Source: a virus
Taxonomy: Duplodnaviria; Caudoviricetes
Virus record (IMG/VR): IMGVR_UViG_3300032330_000840
Coordinates: 1-62,668 of that record
Strand: one strand, 5' to 3'
DNA length: 62,668 nt
The notes beneath the pieces are model-generated. The model ran no database searches. It was given only the letters and a program-made list of their open reading frames with translations, and was not told where the DNA came from. The position numbers were made by a program, and so were the translations under genes. Below, in pieces: positions 27,958 through 37,863 of the stretch (position 1 is the first letter of the stretch; every line of letters begins with the position of its first letter).

Positions 27958-28373
27958 TGGCTATCATTCAAACCCAAACCACCAGCTTCAAAGAAGAGCT
28001 GTACCAGGCTGTGCATAACCTGTTGACAGATAATATCAAGATTGCGCTGTACACAGGTAATGCCAATATTGGACCAGACACTACTGTGTACACAACTTCC
28101 AATGAGGTTGTAGCTTCCGGGTATACGGCTGGTGGAAACACACTAACAGGTGTTACAGTTAATAGCTCTGGATACACGGCTTATGTAAACTTTGCCAACA
28201 CAAGTTGGACTGGGTCTATCACCGCCCGCTGCGCTTTAATTTACAACTCAAGCAAGAGTAATAAGTCAATTGCTGTTATTGACTTTGGATCTGACAAGTC
28301 TTCAACTACTACGTTCTTGATTACTATGCCAGCTAATACCTCAACCACCGCATTAATACGGAGTTCAAATTGA
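27957..28373 (+). CDS. tail structural protein (paralog A)
   Basis: SFKEEL..HN..KIALY..NEV..GYTAGG. Confidence 0.7.
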   Translation: MAIIQTQTTSFKEELYQAVHNLLTDNIKIALYTGNANIGPDTTVYTTSNEVVASGYTAGGNTLTGVTVNSSGYTAYVNFANTSWTGSITARCALIYNSSKSNKSIAVIDFGSDKSSTTTFLITMPANTSTTALIRSSN

Positions 28374-28561
28374 TTGTTACCACCACTAAAGGCGACATGG
28401 ATGATTCTTTGCTTAACAGGAAAGCAGGGGTTGTTGATAATGAAAATGAGTACACAACCTGGGTAGAGTACTGGCTAGACGATGAGCTTGTTCATCGTTC
28501 CGCTCATGTAACACTGAAAAAGATGCCGGGGCTTACTACTGGCGAAGCTGGCACCATTTAA
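28370..28561 (+). CDS. conserved small tail-module protein
   Basis: TTG start; TTKGDMDDSLL, VEYWLDDELVHRS. Confidence 0.7.
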   Translation: MIVTTTKGDMDDSLLNRKAGVVDNENEYTTWVEYWLDDELVHRSAHVTLKKMPGLTTGEAGTI

Positions 28562-28570
28562 GGAAATATC

Positions 28571-29047
28571 ATGGCAAATACCCAATCAATGTGTACCTCG
28601 TTCCTTGGTGAACTGATGACTGCTACGCATAATTTTGGCGTTGCACCTACTCGTGGAACAACCGCAGCAGACACCTTCAAGGCGGCCTTGTACTACACCA
28701 CAGCTACTGTAAACGCAGCAACTACGGCCTACTCAGCTACTGGTGAAGTTTCTGGCACGGGCTATACAGCGGGCGGTACTACAGTAACAAATGCAACAGC
28801 CCCGGCATCAACAAATACCTCGACTACTGCAGGAACAGGATACTGGACGCCGTCTGCAAGCTTTACTTGGACTACAGTGACGATTAGCACGGCGTTTGAT
28901 ACTGTGCTGCTCTACAACTCCACCCAGTCCAATAAGGCCGTCAGTGTCCACACGTTTGGCTCTCAGACCATCACTGCAGGGAACATCACCATCACGATGC
29001 CTGCCAATGCGGCTGGGACTGCTTTACTGCGCTTGGTTACAACCTAA
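28571..29047 (+). CDS. tail structural protein (paralog B)
   Basis: SFLGEL..HNF..DTFKAALY..GEV.GTGYTAGG. Confidence 0.7.
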   Translation: MANTQSMCTSFLGELMTATHNFGVAPTRGTTAADTFKAALYYTTATVNAATTAYSATGEVSGTGYTAGGTTVTNATAPASTNTSTTAGTGYWTPSASFTWTTVTISTAFDTVLLYNSTQSNKAVSVHTFGSQTITAGNITITMPANAAGTALLRLVTT

Positions 29048-29074
29048 CCTGTCGCTTCCCAGAGGGAAGTTTGT

Positions 29075-29362
29075 ATGCGTATTGCTAATCGCTTATCAAG
29101 TATTACATACCTTGGTGTGGTGATTAATATATATGAAGCTAATGCCGGTGAAGGTATACCAATGCATACACATCTTTTTTCTCATGGAACTGTATGCCAA
29201 ACTGGATCCTGCAAAATTACAATTGATGAAAATTCTTTTGTTATACCAAGCGGCATGTTTTATGAAATGCCAGCAAATACAGCGCATGAAATTGAAGCTT
29301 TGGAAGATGGAACCATTATTGTTAATATAGTTCCAAACCAAGGAATTATGGTAAATGCATAA
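29075..29362 (+). CDS. cupin-fold protein
   Basis: IPMHTH..SH....GS, MPANTAHEIEALEDG. Confidence 0.8.
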   Translation: MRIANRLSSITYLGVVINIYEANAGEGIPMHTHLFSHGTVCQTGSCKITIDENSFVIPSGMFYEMPANTAHEIEALEDGTIIVNIVPNQGIMVNA

Positions 29363-31263
29363 TGGCGCAAATAATTCTTTACCCAACAAATACTCCTCAA
29401 TCTTGGAATCTTCCGGCTGATTGGAATGACGCTGCAAATACCATTGAAATATATGGTGCTGGAGGAAGTGGAAGAAATGGAGATGCAGCTTTTTCAGGTA
29501 CCGGTGGTGGTGGCGGCGCATACGTACTAGCAACTAATGTACCGCTTAAAGCAGCAGATGCCGCTGGATATGTAATTGACAAAATTTATAGCTCTGGCTA
29601 TTTATGGTATGGAGTTGTTGCGATTGACGGTTGCACTGGATTACCAATTATTGGTAGTTTAGTATTTGCGGCTAATGGCACTAATGGTTTAAATGGTGGT
29701 CAAGGTGGTCCGTATGGCGGCGCTCAAATAGCTGGCGCTGTTTACACTACAATTTCAAGGGCTGGTGGTAACGGCGGTTTAGGAAGAACTTCAACTACTG
29801 CTGCCGGTGGTGGAGGTGGTGGTGCGGCTGGACCTAATGGAAATGGCGGCGCAGGTGGTGCAAACACTGCAACACTTGGGACAACAGGTCGAGGCGGCGG
29901 AGGCGGTAATGGTGGAACGGCTGGGTCCAGTACCTCTGCAACAGGCGGAACTGCAGGAACAGGCGCTGGCGCTGGAGGTACGGGTGGTGCCGCATCTAAT
30001 TCAGGTAGCGCGGGCGGAAATGGCACTTCTGTTTACTCTGGTGGTGGTGGGGGCGGTGCTGGTGATGGTACAGGAACTACTGTTGGCGGTGCTGGTGGAA
30101 CTTATGGCGGCGGTGGTGGCGGTGGTGCTTCTTCCGTTATTTCAACGGGTGGAGCTGGTGGTGCAAGTATTATCATCATCAATTACACCCCAATCCCAAC
30201 TGTAACTGTAGCTCTAACATCCGCATCAGCCTCTGGCAGTTTGGGTGCACTTGTTTTTTCAAAGAGTGTAGCTATAACTTCTACAGCTGCATCTGGTTTT
30301 TCCTCTACCCCGAGGTACACCTATTCAACGCTCCTTGGCAATAATACGGCGAGCGGTTTCGCGGGAACTGAAACCTACGCTTCTGATGTGCAGGTAAATG
30401 CAACCGGGGTTATTGCATCTGGTTTTGCCGCAACACCCATTTATGCTTTAACCAATTCCACTACAGGCACAAGCGCGCTCGGACAAACAGCTACACCGGT
30501 GTATGCGCTTACATCACCTATCTCAAACACAAGTGCTGCCGGGCAAGTAGCCTTTCCGGCATATGCGGTTTCCTTAGCTACTTCTGGTGTAGCTACATCA
30601 GGGCTGCTGGGCACTGTTGTATTTTCAACAACTATAACTTTTGACATAACAGCAGTCACAGCCTCCGGCTATGCCTCAGACACAACCATGTCTTTGGGTG
30701 CGGAGCTTACCTCTGCCCCCTCTACAGGAGTCCTTCAAACGCTAGTGTATGGAATAACGCCAAGCCTTACATCTGTGGTAGGATCAGGATCAGCGTCTGG
30801 GTTTGCCTCTTATGCTGTAACGCAGGCACTTACAGGGACGTATGCAAACGGCTATATTGGTCAGGTTGTATCTGTTGGCTGGAGGGTGATACCAACACCA
30901 CAAACCCCTGGCTGGGATGATGTTGGTAACGCGCAAACGTCAAGTTGGAGCACTGTAAGCAACATGCAAACTTTGAATTGGACCGATGTTAGCAACACTC
31001 AGACGTCAAATTGGGGTGCTATAAACAACTTGCAAACAGCAAATTGGACTGCTGTTGGCAATACCCAAACATCAAACTGGACTGATGTTAGCAACACGCA
31101 AGCTTCGAATTGGGGTGCTGTTGGTAACACGCAGAATCCAAACTGGAATGGCATTGGTAACAATCAAAATTCAAATTGGGGTGGTGTTAGCAATACCCAA
31201 GCGCCAGGCTGGGATGCTGTAAACAACCCTCAAGACCCAGGATGGGTAGACGTTAACACTTAA
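29362..31263 (+). CDS. fibre protein: Gly-rich domain, repeat stalk, Trp repeats
   Basis: GAGGSG/GGGGG blocks, TxxxAxGxx stalk repeats, 11-aa Trp repeats. Confidence 0.75.
   Translation: MAQIILYPTNTPQSWNLPADWNDAANTIEIYGAGGSGRNGDAAFSGTGGGGGAYVLATNVPLKAADAAGYVIDKIYSSGYLWYGVVAIDGCTGLPIIGSLVFAANGTNGLNGGQGGPYGGAQIAGAVYTTISRAGGNGGLGRTSTTAAGGGGGGAAGPNGNGGAGGANTATLGTTGRGGGGGNGGTAGSSTSATGGTAGTGAGAGGTGGAASNSGSAGGNGTSVYSGGGGGGAGDGTGTTVGGAGGTYGGGGGGGASSVISTGGAGGASIIIINYTPIPTVTVALTSASASGSLGALVFSKSVAITSTAASGFSSTPRYTYSTLLGNNTASGFAGTETYASDVQVNATGVIASGFAATPIYALTNSTTGTSALGQTATPVYALTSPISNTSAAGQVAFPAYAVSLATSGVATSGLLGTVVFSTTITFDITAVTASGYASDTTMSLGAELTSAPSTGVLQTLVYGITPSLTSVVGSGSASGFASYAVTQALTGTYANGYIGQVVSVGWRVIPTPQTPGWDDVGNAQTSSWSTVSNMQTLNWTDVSNTQTSNWGAINNLQTANWTAVGNTQTSNWTDVSNTQASNWGAVGNTQNPNWNGIGNNQNSNWGGVSNTQAPGWDAVNNPQDPGWVDVNT
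30877..31260 (+). repeat. coding tandem repeat, 33 bp/11 aa, 11 full copies plus a partial
   Basis: (G/N/S)WxxVxNxQxx. Confidence 0.9.
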
Positions 31264-31272
31264 GGATTAGCT

Positions 31273-32424
31273 ATGGCTGTCAATTACACATCTTTACTGA
31301 ACCTGGCGCAGCCCGTAAACGGTACGGAATCTGGAACCTGGGGAAGTGATGTAAACAACGGCATCTCGTCGTATCTGGACATTGCTATTGCTGGCGGCTT
31401 GGCGGTAACTGTAACTGCTTCTGATGTGACGCTTGCACCTACCCAAGGAACAAGCTCTGGAACAAACATCACCTCAACAACCTCGCAGTACGCCATTCTG
31501 AACGTAAGCGGCCTGATGACTGCTGCGCGTAACCTGATTGTCCCAAGTACCAGCAAGTGGTACATCATTAACAACGATACCACCGGCGGCTTTGCACTTA
31601 CGGTAAAAGGCGCGGCAACTTCAGGCGTGGCTCTTGTCAATGGCGAGAGAGCACTTGTTGCCTGGAATGGAACTGACTTCGTAAAGATTTCCGGGGTGTC
31701 TGGTCCTGGTGTATTCACTTCAGTCACAGCTACCTCTGTTACAGACTCCGGGCTTACCTCTGGGCGTGTGACCTATGCATCCACCGGTGGACTGCTGGTT
31801 GACTCTGCCAACATGACATTTAACGGCACGGTGCTCACATCGAGCTTTGCCGGGCCAGTTGCCGCCACAACCCTTAGCGCATCCAGCACGGTGAGTGGGG
31901 CAGGGTTCACCACTTACTTGGCAAGCCCTCCAGCCATTGGCGGTACGGCTGCTGCGGCTGGATCGTTCACTACGCTGTCTGCCTCGTCTACGGTAAGCGG
32001 GACAGGTTTTTCTACCTACCTAGCAAGCCCCCCGGCTATCGGCGGCACAGCAGCGGCTGCAGGCGCGTTCACTACCCTGACGGCGTCAACCAGCTTTGTT
32101 GGCCGGATCAACCCCCGCGTCCTTGCCAGCACCGCTAACAGCGCCACGCCTACCATCAACACCGACAGCTACGACATAGTGGTTATCACGGCGCAATCCG
32201 CAGCCATTACCTCGTTTACCACCAACCTGACCGGAACCCCGGTCAACGGCCAGAAGCTGTGGATTTCCATAACTGGTACGGGCGCTATTGCAATTACTTG
32301 GGGCGCTTCGTTCGAGTCCTCCACAGTCACACTGCCCACCACCACGGTAACCACCAACCGACTTGATGTTGGCTTTGTCTGGAACGTGGCTACTAGCAAG
32401 TGGCGTTGTGTTGCTACCGCGTAA
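31273..32424 (+). CDS. tail fibre protein
   Basis: GTESGTWG..N N-terminus; internal 34-aa duplication; WRCVA end. Confidence 0.75.
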   Translation: MAVNYTSLLNLAQPVNGTESGTWGSDVNNGISSYLDIAIAGGLAVTVTASDVTLAPTQGTSSGTNITSTTSQYAILNVSGLMTAARNLIVPSTSKWYIINNDTTGGFALTVKGAATSGVALVNGERALVAWNGTDFVKISGVSGPGVFTSVTATSVTDSGLTSGRVTYASTGGLLVDSANMTFNGTVLTSSFAGPVAATTLSASSTVSGAGFTTYLASPPAIGGTAAAAGSFTTLSASSTVSGTGFSTYLASPPAIGGTAAAAGAFTTLTASTSFVGRINPRVLASTANSATPTINTDSYDIVVITAQSAAITSFTTNLTGTPVNGQKLWISITGTGAIAITWGASFESSTVTLPTTTVTTNRLDVGFVWNVATSKWRCVATA

Positions 32425-32433
32425 GGAGACGGC

Positions 32434-32619
32434 ATGTCAAAGTGTGCTGTCTGCGTAAACAACGTAGTTGTCAACATCATCGTTGCCGATGTGGACGCGC
32501 CGTGCCCTGTGGAGAATGGGGTATTGGTCGCAGTTGATGACATTGATTGCGATATTGGCTGGGTGTACACGGGCACAGGGTTCGTCAACCCCAACCCTCC
32601 CGAATGGAGTGATTTGTAA
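32434..32619 (+). CDS. small fibre-associated protein
   Basis: [19 protein letters not shown]. Confidence 0.7.
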   Translation: MSKCAVCVNNVVVNIIVADVDAPCPVENGVLVAVDDIDCDIGWVYTGTGFVNPNPPEWSDL

Positions 32620-33761
32620 TGACTACAGTCGTCTTAACAAGCGGGACAACGTGGACGGTCCCAAGCGACTGGACAAGCTCAGGCGCGACCCTTGAAGTCA
32701 TCGGTGCTGGTGGCTCAGGGCGTGTTGGTGGTAACGGTAACGGCTCTGCCGCTGCCGGTGGCGGAGGGTATTCAAGAAATACGGTAGCAGCGCTGACTGC
32801 GGGGCAGTCCATCACCATTGCAATTGGTGCTGGTGGAGGGGCTAAAAGCGCTACCTCAACCGACGGTACAGCGGGCGGCGACACTTACCTCGGTGCGGCT
32901 GTTGTAACCGGCTCAATCTCGTCAACCACGTTAACGGTTACCGGAGTAACGTCTGGCACCCTTTATGTCGGCTCGTACATTACGGGGACGAGCGTAACGG
33001 CGGGGTCTTACATCACGGCATTTGGCACGGGTTCTGGTGGGGTTGGTACTTACACCGTCTCCGCATCGTCAAGCGCAGGCTCCACGACCATCACAGGGTA
33101 TCTAGCTCTTGCTAAAGGCGGAGGCGCTGGAGTTTCAGGTTCGGGTGGCGCGGGTGGGGCTGCGGCATCGGGTTACGGGACTACAAAATACTCGGGTGGG
33201 AATGGTGGGGAACCTGGTGCAGGTGGTACTGGCGGTGCTGGCGGCGGCGGTGCTGGCGGCTATGCCGGTAACGGTGGCGCAGGAGGGGCTGTTGGTAGTT
33301 CTCCGGGGGGCATGGGCGGCGGCGGTGCCGGTGGCTTAACCGGAGCTGGGTCTGTAGGTGCAACAAGCTCGGGATCAAACGGAGCAGCAGGTGGAGCGTC
33401 AGGTTACTCTGGAAGCTCCCCGGGTTCAGGTGGTACATCAGGGTCACAAGCAGGGGGCGCTGGCTCCAATGGTGCTGGTGGTGGCGGTGGTTATGCCGGT
33501 GCAAGCGGCACGGGCGGTGCGGGCGGCGCGGGACCTGACGCGAGTGTTCTAGGCCAATACTCTGGTGGCGGCGGTGGTGGTGCGGGGCGAGTGGGTACGG
33601 TAACAAACCCTGCTGGTGGGTCTGGCGGTGGTTATGGCGGCGGCGGCTCTGGTGGTATCGGCGGGTCCACAACCCCCGGCGCTTCAGGAGCTGGTTCTAA
33701 CGGCGTGATTGTCATCAACTACACCAGCGCCGCAAACGGAAACTTCTTCTTTTTGTTCTAA
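32619..33761 (+). CDS. glycine-rich domain protein
   Basis: [31 protein letters not shown] end. Confidence 0.75.
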   Translation: MTTVVLTSGTTWTVPSDWTSSGATLEVIGAGGSGRVGGNGNGSAAAGGGGYSRNTVAALTAGQSITIAIGAGGGAKSATSTDGTAGGDTYLGAAVVTGSISSTTLTVTGVTSGTLYVGSYITGTSVTAGSYITAFGTGSGGVGTYTVSASSSAGSTTITGYLALAKGGGAGVSGSGGAGGAAASGYGTTKYSGGNGGEPGAGGTGGAGGGGAGGYAGNGGAGGAVGSSPGGMGGGGAGGLTGAGSVGATSSGSNGAAGGASGYSGSSPGSGGTSGSQAGGAGSNGAGGGGGYAGASGTGGAGGAGPDASVLGQYSGGGGGGAGRVGTVTNPAGGSGGGYGGGGSGGIGGSTTPGASGAGSNGVIVINYTSAANGNFFFLF

Positions 33762-33762
33762 C

Positions 33763-34230
33763 ATGATTGACCCGATTACCGCTTTCGCCACAGCCCAAGC
33801 GGCCATCAAGGGGATCCAGGCCGCGATCAAGATGGGCAAGGACATTGGAGCCATCTCCGGTGACCTGATGAAGTTTTTTGAGGCCAAGGACGTTGTTGCC
33901 AAGGCAGCGGTGAAACCGGGCAAGTCGGACACCGCGCAGGCGCTTGAGAACGTACTTAGGGCTAAGCAACTGCAAGACGCCGAGGACGAGATTAAGCGGA
34001 CATTAATTTGGTCAGGACACGCGGACGTATGGGAAGCCCTTTTGGTGGAGCGGAATAAGCTGGTGCAAAATCGCAAAGCGGAGGAAGCGGCTATGGAAAA
34101 AGAAAAAGCCAAGCGCAAGAAAGAAATTGAAGAAGTTATTGAAATGGTATTGTTGGTGATCCTCATCTCCCTGGTGATTACACTGGGCGTGTGGGGCACT
34201 ATGGAATACATTGACTTTATGCGGAAATAA
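33763..34230 (+). CDS. coiled-coil protein with C-terminal TM segment
   Basis: MIDPITAFA start; hydrophobic C-terminus; precedes the holin. Confidence 0.7.
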   Translation: MIDPITAFATAQAAIKGIQAAIKMGKDIGAISGDLMKFFEAKDVVAKAAVKPGKSDTAQALENVLRAKQLQDAEDEIKRTLIWSGHADVWEALLVERNKLVQNRKAEEAAMEKEKAKRKKEIEEVIEMVLLVILISLVITLGVWGTMEYIDFMRK

Positions 34231-34231
34231 T

Positions 34232-34729
34232 ATGAATGAACTACTTGGAATACTTAAAGGCATTGCTCCTGCTGTCGCAACTGCTGTTGGAGGGCCTCTT
34301 GGTGGTCTTGCTGTTACCGCTATTGCCAACAAGTTTGGCGTGGCTGATGACGTTAAAGCCGTGGCGCAAGCAATCGCAGGAGACCCGGAAGCGGCGACCA
34401 AACTGGCTGAACTAGACCTCAAGCAGTTTGAGTTGGAGAACGCTGACCGCGACTCTGCTCGGCATATGCAGGAAACTGCGCTGAACCAAGACGATAAGTT
34501 TGCCAAGCACTTCATCTATTGGTTTGCATGGTTCTGGTCGGTAGGTTCAATGGCCTACTTTTTTGCCATCACGTTTGGGCAGGTTCCAGCCAGCGGCAAG
34601 GACTTCGGTAACATCATCCTTGGCTTTTTGCTGGGTACTGCCGTGGCTACCATCATTTCGTTTTTTTACGGCTCCAGCAAGTCCAGTAAAGACAAGACGG
34701 ACACCATGACAAAAGGGGTTTTGAAATGA
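34232..34729 (+). CDS. holin-like protein
   Basis: APAVATAVGGPLGG, DRDSAR.MQ, two TM segments, FFYGSS; overlaps endolysin start. Confidence 0.7.
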   Translation: MNELLGILKGIAPAVATAVGGPLGGLAVTAIANKFGVADDVKAVAQAIAGDPEAATKLAELDLKQFELENADRDSARHMQETALNQDDKFAKHFIYWFAWFWSVGSMAYFFAITFGQVPASGKDFGNIILGFLLGTAVATIISFFYGSSKSSKDKTDTMTKGVLK

Positions 34730-35154
34730 ATTTAACAGAACACTTCACCCTTGCAGAACTAACCCACACAGACCACCGTCAGTTTGACAACACACCCAAT
34801 GACCAAGAGCTTGCAAATCTGGTTCGCGTTGCTGAATTATTGGAGCAGGTCAAGTCTGCCATCGGAGGTAAGCCCATCATGGTCAACTCTGCTTTCCGCA
34901 GCAAGCAGGTCAATGACGCCGTCGGATCCAAAGATACCAGCCAGCATCGACTGGGTTGCGCCGCAGACATCCGCGTCCCAGGCATGACTCCAGACCAGGT
35001 GGTTCGTGCTGTCATTGCTGCCAAGCTTCCTTTTGACCAGATCATCAGGGAGTTTGATGCTTGGACGCATATCAGTGTAGTAAATGACATTGGTCACTCC
35101 CCCCGCCGACAAGCACTCATCATTGACAAAGCAGGCACTCGCGCATTTGCCTGA
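34726..35154 (+). CDS. endolysin, peptidase M15 family
   Basis: HFTLAEL, NSAFRS..VN.AVG, SQH..GCAAD, FDQIIRE, WTHIS. Confidence 0.9.
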   Translation: MNLTEHFTLAELTHTDHRQFDNTPNDQELANLVRVAELLEQVKSAIGGKPIMVNSAFRSKQVNDAVGSKDTSQHRLGCAADIRVPGMTPDQVVRAVIAAKLPFDQIIREFDAWTHISVVNDIGHSPRRQALIIDKAGTRAFA

Positions 35155-35172
35155 TTCATGGGAAAATGAGTT

Positions 35173-37560
35173 ATGCCACTAAAAAAGATTTCCCTCAAGC
35201 CTGGTGTTAACCGTGAGAACACGCGCTACACCAATGAGGGTGGCTACTATGAATCGAACCTGGTTCGGTTTCGTCAAGGTACGCCTGAAAAAATCGGTGG
35301 CTGGCTGCAAATTTCTGCCAGTACATTTTTGGGTGTTTGCAGGTCTTTATGGAACTGGGTAACTCTTGGTGCACAAAACTTAATGGGCGTTGGCACAAAC
35401 CTCAAGTACTACATTGAGAATGGTGGAGCTTACTACGACATTACACCAATTCGAGCTGAGTCCACTCTTACCAACCCATTCACTACGGTATATCTATCAA
35501 CAACAATTACAGTAACAGATGCTTCTGGTGGGTATAGTAACGGTGATTTTGTTACGTTCTCCCCATCTGTTACTGTTGGTGGAATTACGATTGGCGGTGA
35601 ATATCAAATAACCGCATCAACCGGGGCCACCACCTACACCATTACCTCAACATCAGCAGCTACCTCTGGGGCAACTGGTGGTGGTACTGTATATGCCGTT
35701 TACCAGGTTTCGGTTGGTCCCGAGTATGCGGTCCCCTTATCTGGCTGGGGTGCCGGACCTTGGGGTGGTGGAACCTGGGGCGTTGGCTCCACAGCATCAG
35801 ACTCCATACGCATTTGGAACGCCAGCAACTTTGGTCAGGACCTGGTGTACGGCCCACGCGGCGGGGCTTTGTATCTTTGGAATGCAAACATAGGAATTAG
35901 CTCTCCAGCGGTAACTATAACTATTGCAAGCCCAGCGGTAGTTACAAGTACATTCACAATAGTAAATAACACGGCTATTCAGCTCCAAACCACTGGAGCG
36001 CTACCCACTGGATTGACGGTTGGAACCACTTATTACATTAAGTATTTAACCTCAACCACATTTAATCTGGCAACGTCGGCCACATCAAGTGCGGTATTGT
36101 CTGGCGTGGTAATTACTGGTACGGCAGGTCAGTTTAGTTGTACCGCCTCAAGCGTTCCCCTAGCTATCGGTCAATCCCTGACGATTATCGGAACCTATGG
36201 CGGCACAGGATCCATTACAGGATATGCCAACCCAACAACGTACTACATTATTGCCACCAATGGCTCTACTACGTTTACGCTATCCACTACGGCTGGAGGT
36301 TCCGGGGTTACAACTACAGCTGGAACTCCAACTGGACTTACCTACACGCTGTCTACGACAATTAACACATCAGGCACACAGTCTGGTGTGAATAGTGTAT
36401 CGGTGCGTGGAATACCGCTATCCAGCCTTAACGGCGCAAGTTCTGTTCCGCTGTATCAAAACTACCTGCTCATCTCCGATGTGAGCCGCATAACCATTGT
36501 TTTTGGAACCAATGACTATGGCAGCACAACCCTGGATCCAATGTTGATCCGATGGTCTGACAAGGAGTCTTTGGTTGAGTGGCAACCATCCGCCACCACC
36601 GAGGCTGGGTCGGTTCGTTTTTCACATGGATCAAGAATTGTCACCGCACTGCAAAGCCGACAAGAGATTGTGGTTTGGACTGATTCCACAATTTACTCCA
36701 TGCAGTATGCCGGTCCACCCAATGTGTTTAACACACAGTTGCTTGCAGACAATGTATCCATTGCAGGTCCGAATGCTATGGCGGTGGCTGCTAATGTGGT
36801 TTACTGGATGGGTGTGGATAAATTCTACAAATACGATGGCCGGGTCCAAACATTGCGATGTGACTTGCGCCAGTTCATTTACAGCGACATTAACCCACTT
36901 CAGTTTGATCAGGTGTATTCAAGCACCAACGAAGGCTTTAATGAAGTCTGGTGGTTTTACTGCACTGAAAACTCAAACCAAATAGACCGGTACGTTGTCT
37001 ACAACTACTTTGAAGATGTTTGGTATTACGGTTCTCTTGGTCGAACCGCATGGATTGATACTGGACTACGCAGCTACCCTGTTGCCGCCACTTACTCCAA
37101 TAACCTTGTTAACCAGGAGTATGGTGTGGATGATGGCACTAGCGGAACCCTGGTTCCAATGGAATCATTTATCACTACATCGCAGTTTGATATTGATGAT
37201 GGACACAACTTTGCTTTTGTGTGGCGGATGCTGCCTGACTTGACATTCCGTGGTTCTACAGATGGAACAGAGCCAAGCTTAACGATACAGTTGCAGCCAT
37301 TGCAGAATTCTGGATCCAGCTATAACAGCCCAATCTCCGTAGGTGGAACAAGCTCCACTGGAACGCAGACTGTTAACACAGCCAAGAATGGAATTGCGCC
37401 ACTGTACACTTACCCGCAAGATCCGGACATCTTTACTGGGCAGTTGAACATTCGTGTGCGTGGTCGACAAATGTCAATGAAGATTACGTGCAACACGCTC
37501 GGTACGCAGTGGCAGCTTGGCGCTCCTCGTATTGATATTCGCGCAGACGGAAGGCGGTAA
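35173..37560 (+). CDS. tail nozzle/hub protein (P22 gp10/T7 gp12-like role)
   Basis: PEKIGGW, PMLIRWSD, VYWMG, EVWWFY, YVVYNY, RTAWID, GRR end. Confidence 0.75.
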   Translation: MPLKKISLKPGVNRENTRYTNEGGYYESNLVRFRQGTPEKIGGWLQISASTFLGVCRSLWNWVTLGAQNLMGVGTNLKYYIENGGAYYDITPIRAESTLTNPFTTVYLSTTITVTDASGGYSNGDFVTFSPSVTVGGITIGGEYQITASTGATTYTITSTSAATSGATGGGTVYAVYQVSVGPEYAVPLSGWGAGPWGGGTWGVGSTASDSIRIWNASNFGQDLVYGPRGGALYLWNANIGISSPAVTITIASPAVVTSTFTIVNNTAIQLQTTGALPTGLTVGTTYYIKYLTSTTFNLATSATSSAVLSGVVITGTAGQFSCTASSVPLAIGQSLTIIGTYGGTGSITGYANPTTYYIIATNGSTTFTLSTTAGGSGVTTTAGTPTGLTYTLSTTINTSGTQSGVNSVSVRGIPLSSLNGASSVPLYQNYLLISDVSRITIVFGTNDYGSTTLDPMLIRWSDKESLVEWQPSATTEAGSVRFSHGSRIVTALQSRQEIVVWTDSTIYSMQYAGPPNVFNTQLLADNVSIAGPNAMAVAANVVYWMGVDKFYKYDGRVQTLRCDLRQFIYSDINPLQFDQVYSSTNEGFNEVWWFYCTENSNQIDRYVVYNYFEDVWYYGSLGRTAWIDTGLRSYPVAATYSNNLVNQEYGVDDGTSGTLVPMESFITTSQFDIDDGHNFAFVWRMLPDLTFRGSTDGTEPSLTIQLQPLQNSGSSYNSPISVGGTSSTGTQTVNTAKNGIAPLYTYPQDPDIFTGQLNIRVRGRQMSMKITCNTLGTQWQLGAPRIDIRADGRR

Positions 37561-37562
37561 TC

Positions 37563-37862
37563 ATGGCTCAAAAGAATGTTATAGCACCTCGACTGCCAAA
37601 TGCTACTGAAGAGTACGACAGCCAGATGATGAATCAGTTCATCAACATATTGCGGTTGTATTTTAATCAGATTGATAATGCGGGGCCTATTTCTGCAGCC
37701 TCACAATTTAGCGGCACATCCGTTGTTTCTGGATTAAGTTTTTACCCTAACCCCGGGTCAACTACACCCAGTTTGCCAACTGAAGCCAATCTTGCTAACT
37801 TGCGTCTTGGTGATATTTACTATGACACCACCGCAAACAATGTACTGAAAGTGAAGGTTTAA
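37563..37862 (+). CDS. small tail protein
   Basis: LPNATEEYD..NQ..NILRLYFNQID. Confidence 0.7.
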   Translation: MAQKNVIAPRLPNATEEYDSQMMNQFINILRLYFNQIDNAGPISAASQFSGTSVVSGLSFYPNPGSTTPSLPTEANLANLRLGDIYYDTTANNVLKVKV

Positions 37863-37863
37863 T

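Noticed and set aside
32300-32330. GTTCGAGTCC resembling a tRNA T-loop
   Set aside because: Inside the tail fibre CDS with no cloverleaf
29362-33761. Diversity-generating retroelement or invertible fibre cassette
   Set aside because: No reverse transcriptase, invertase, TR/VR pair or flanking inverted repeats recognised
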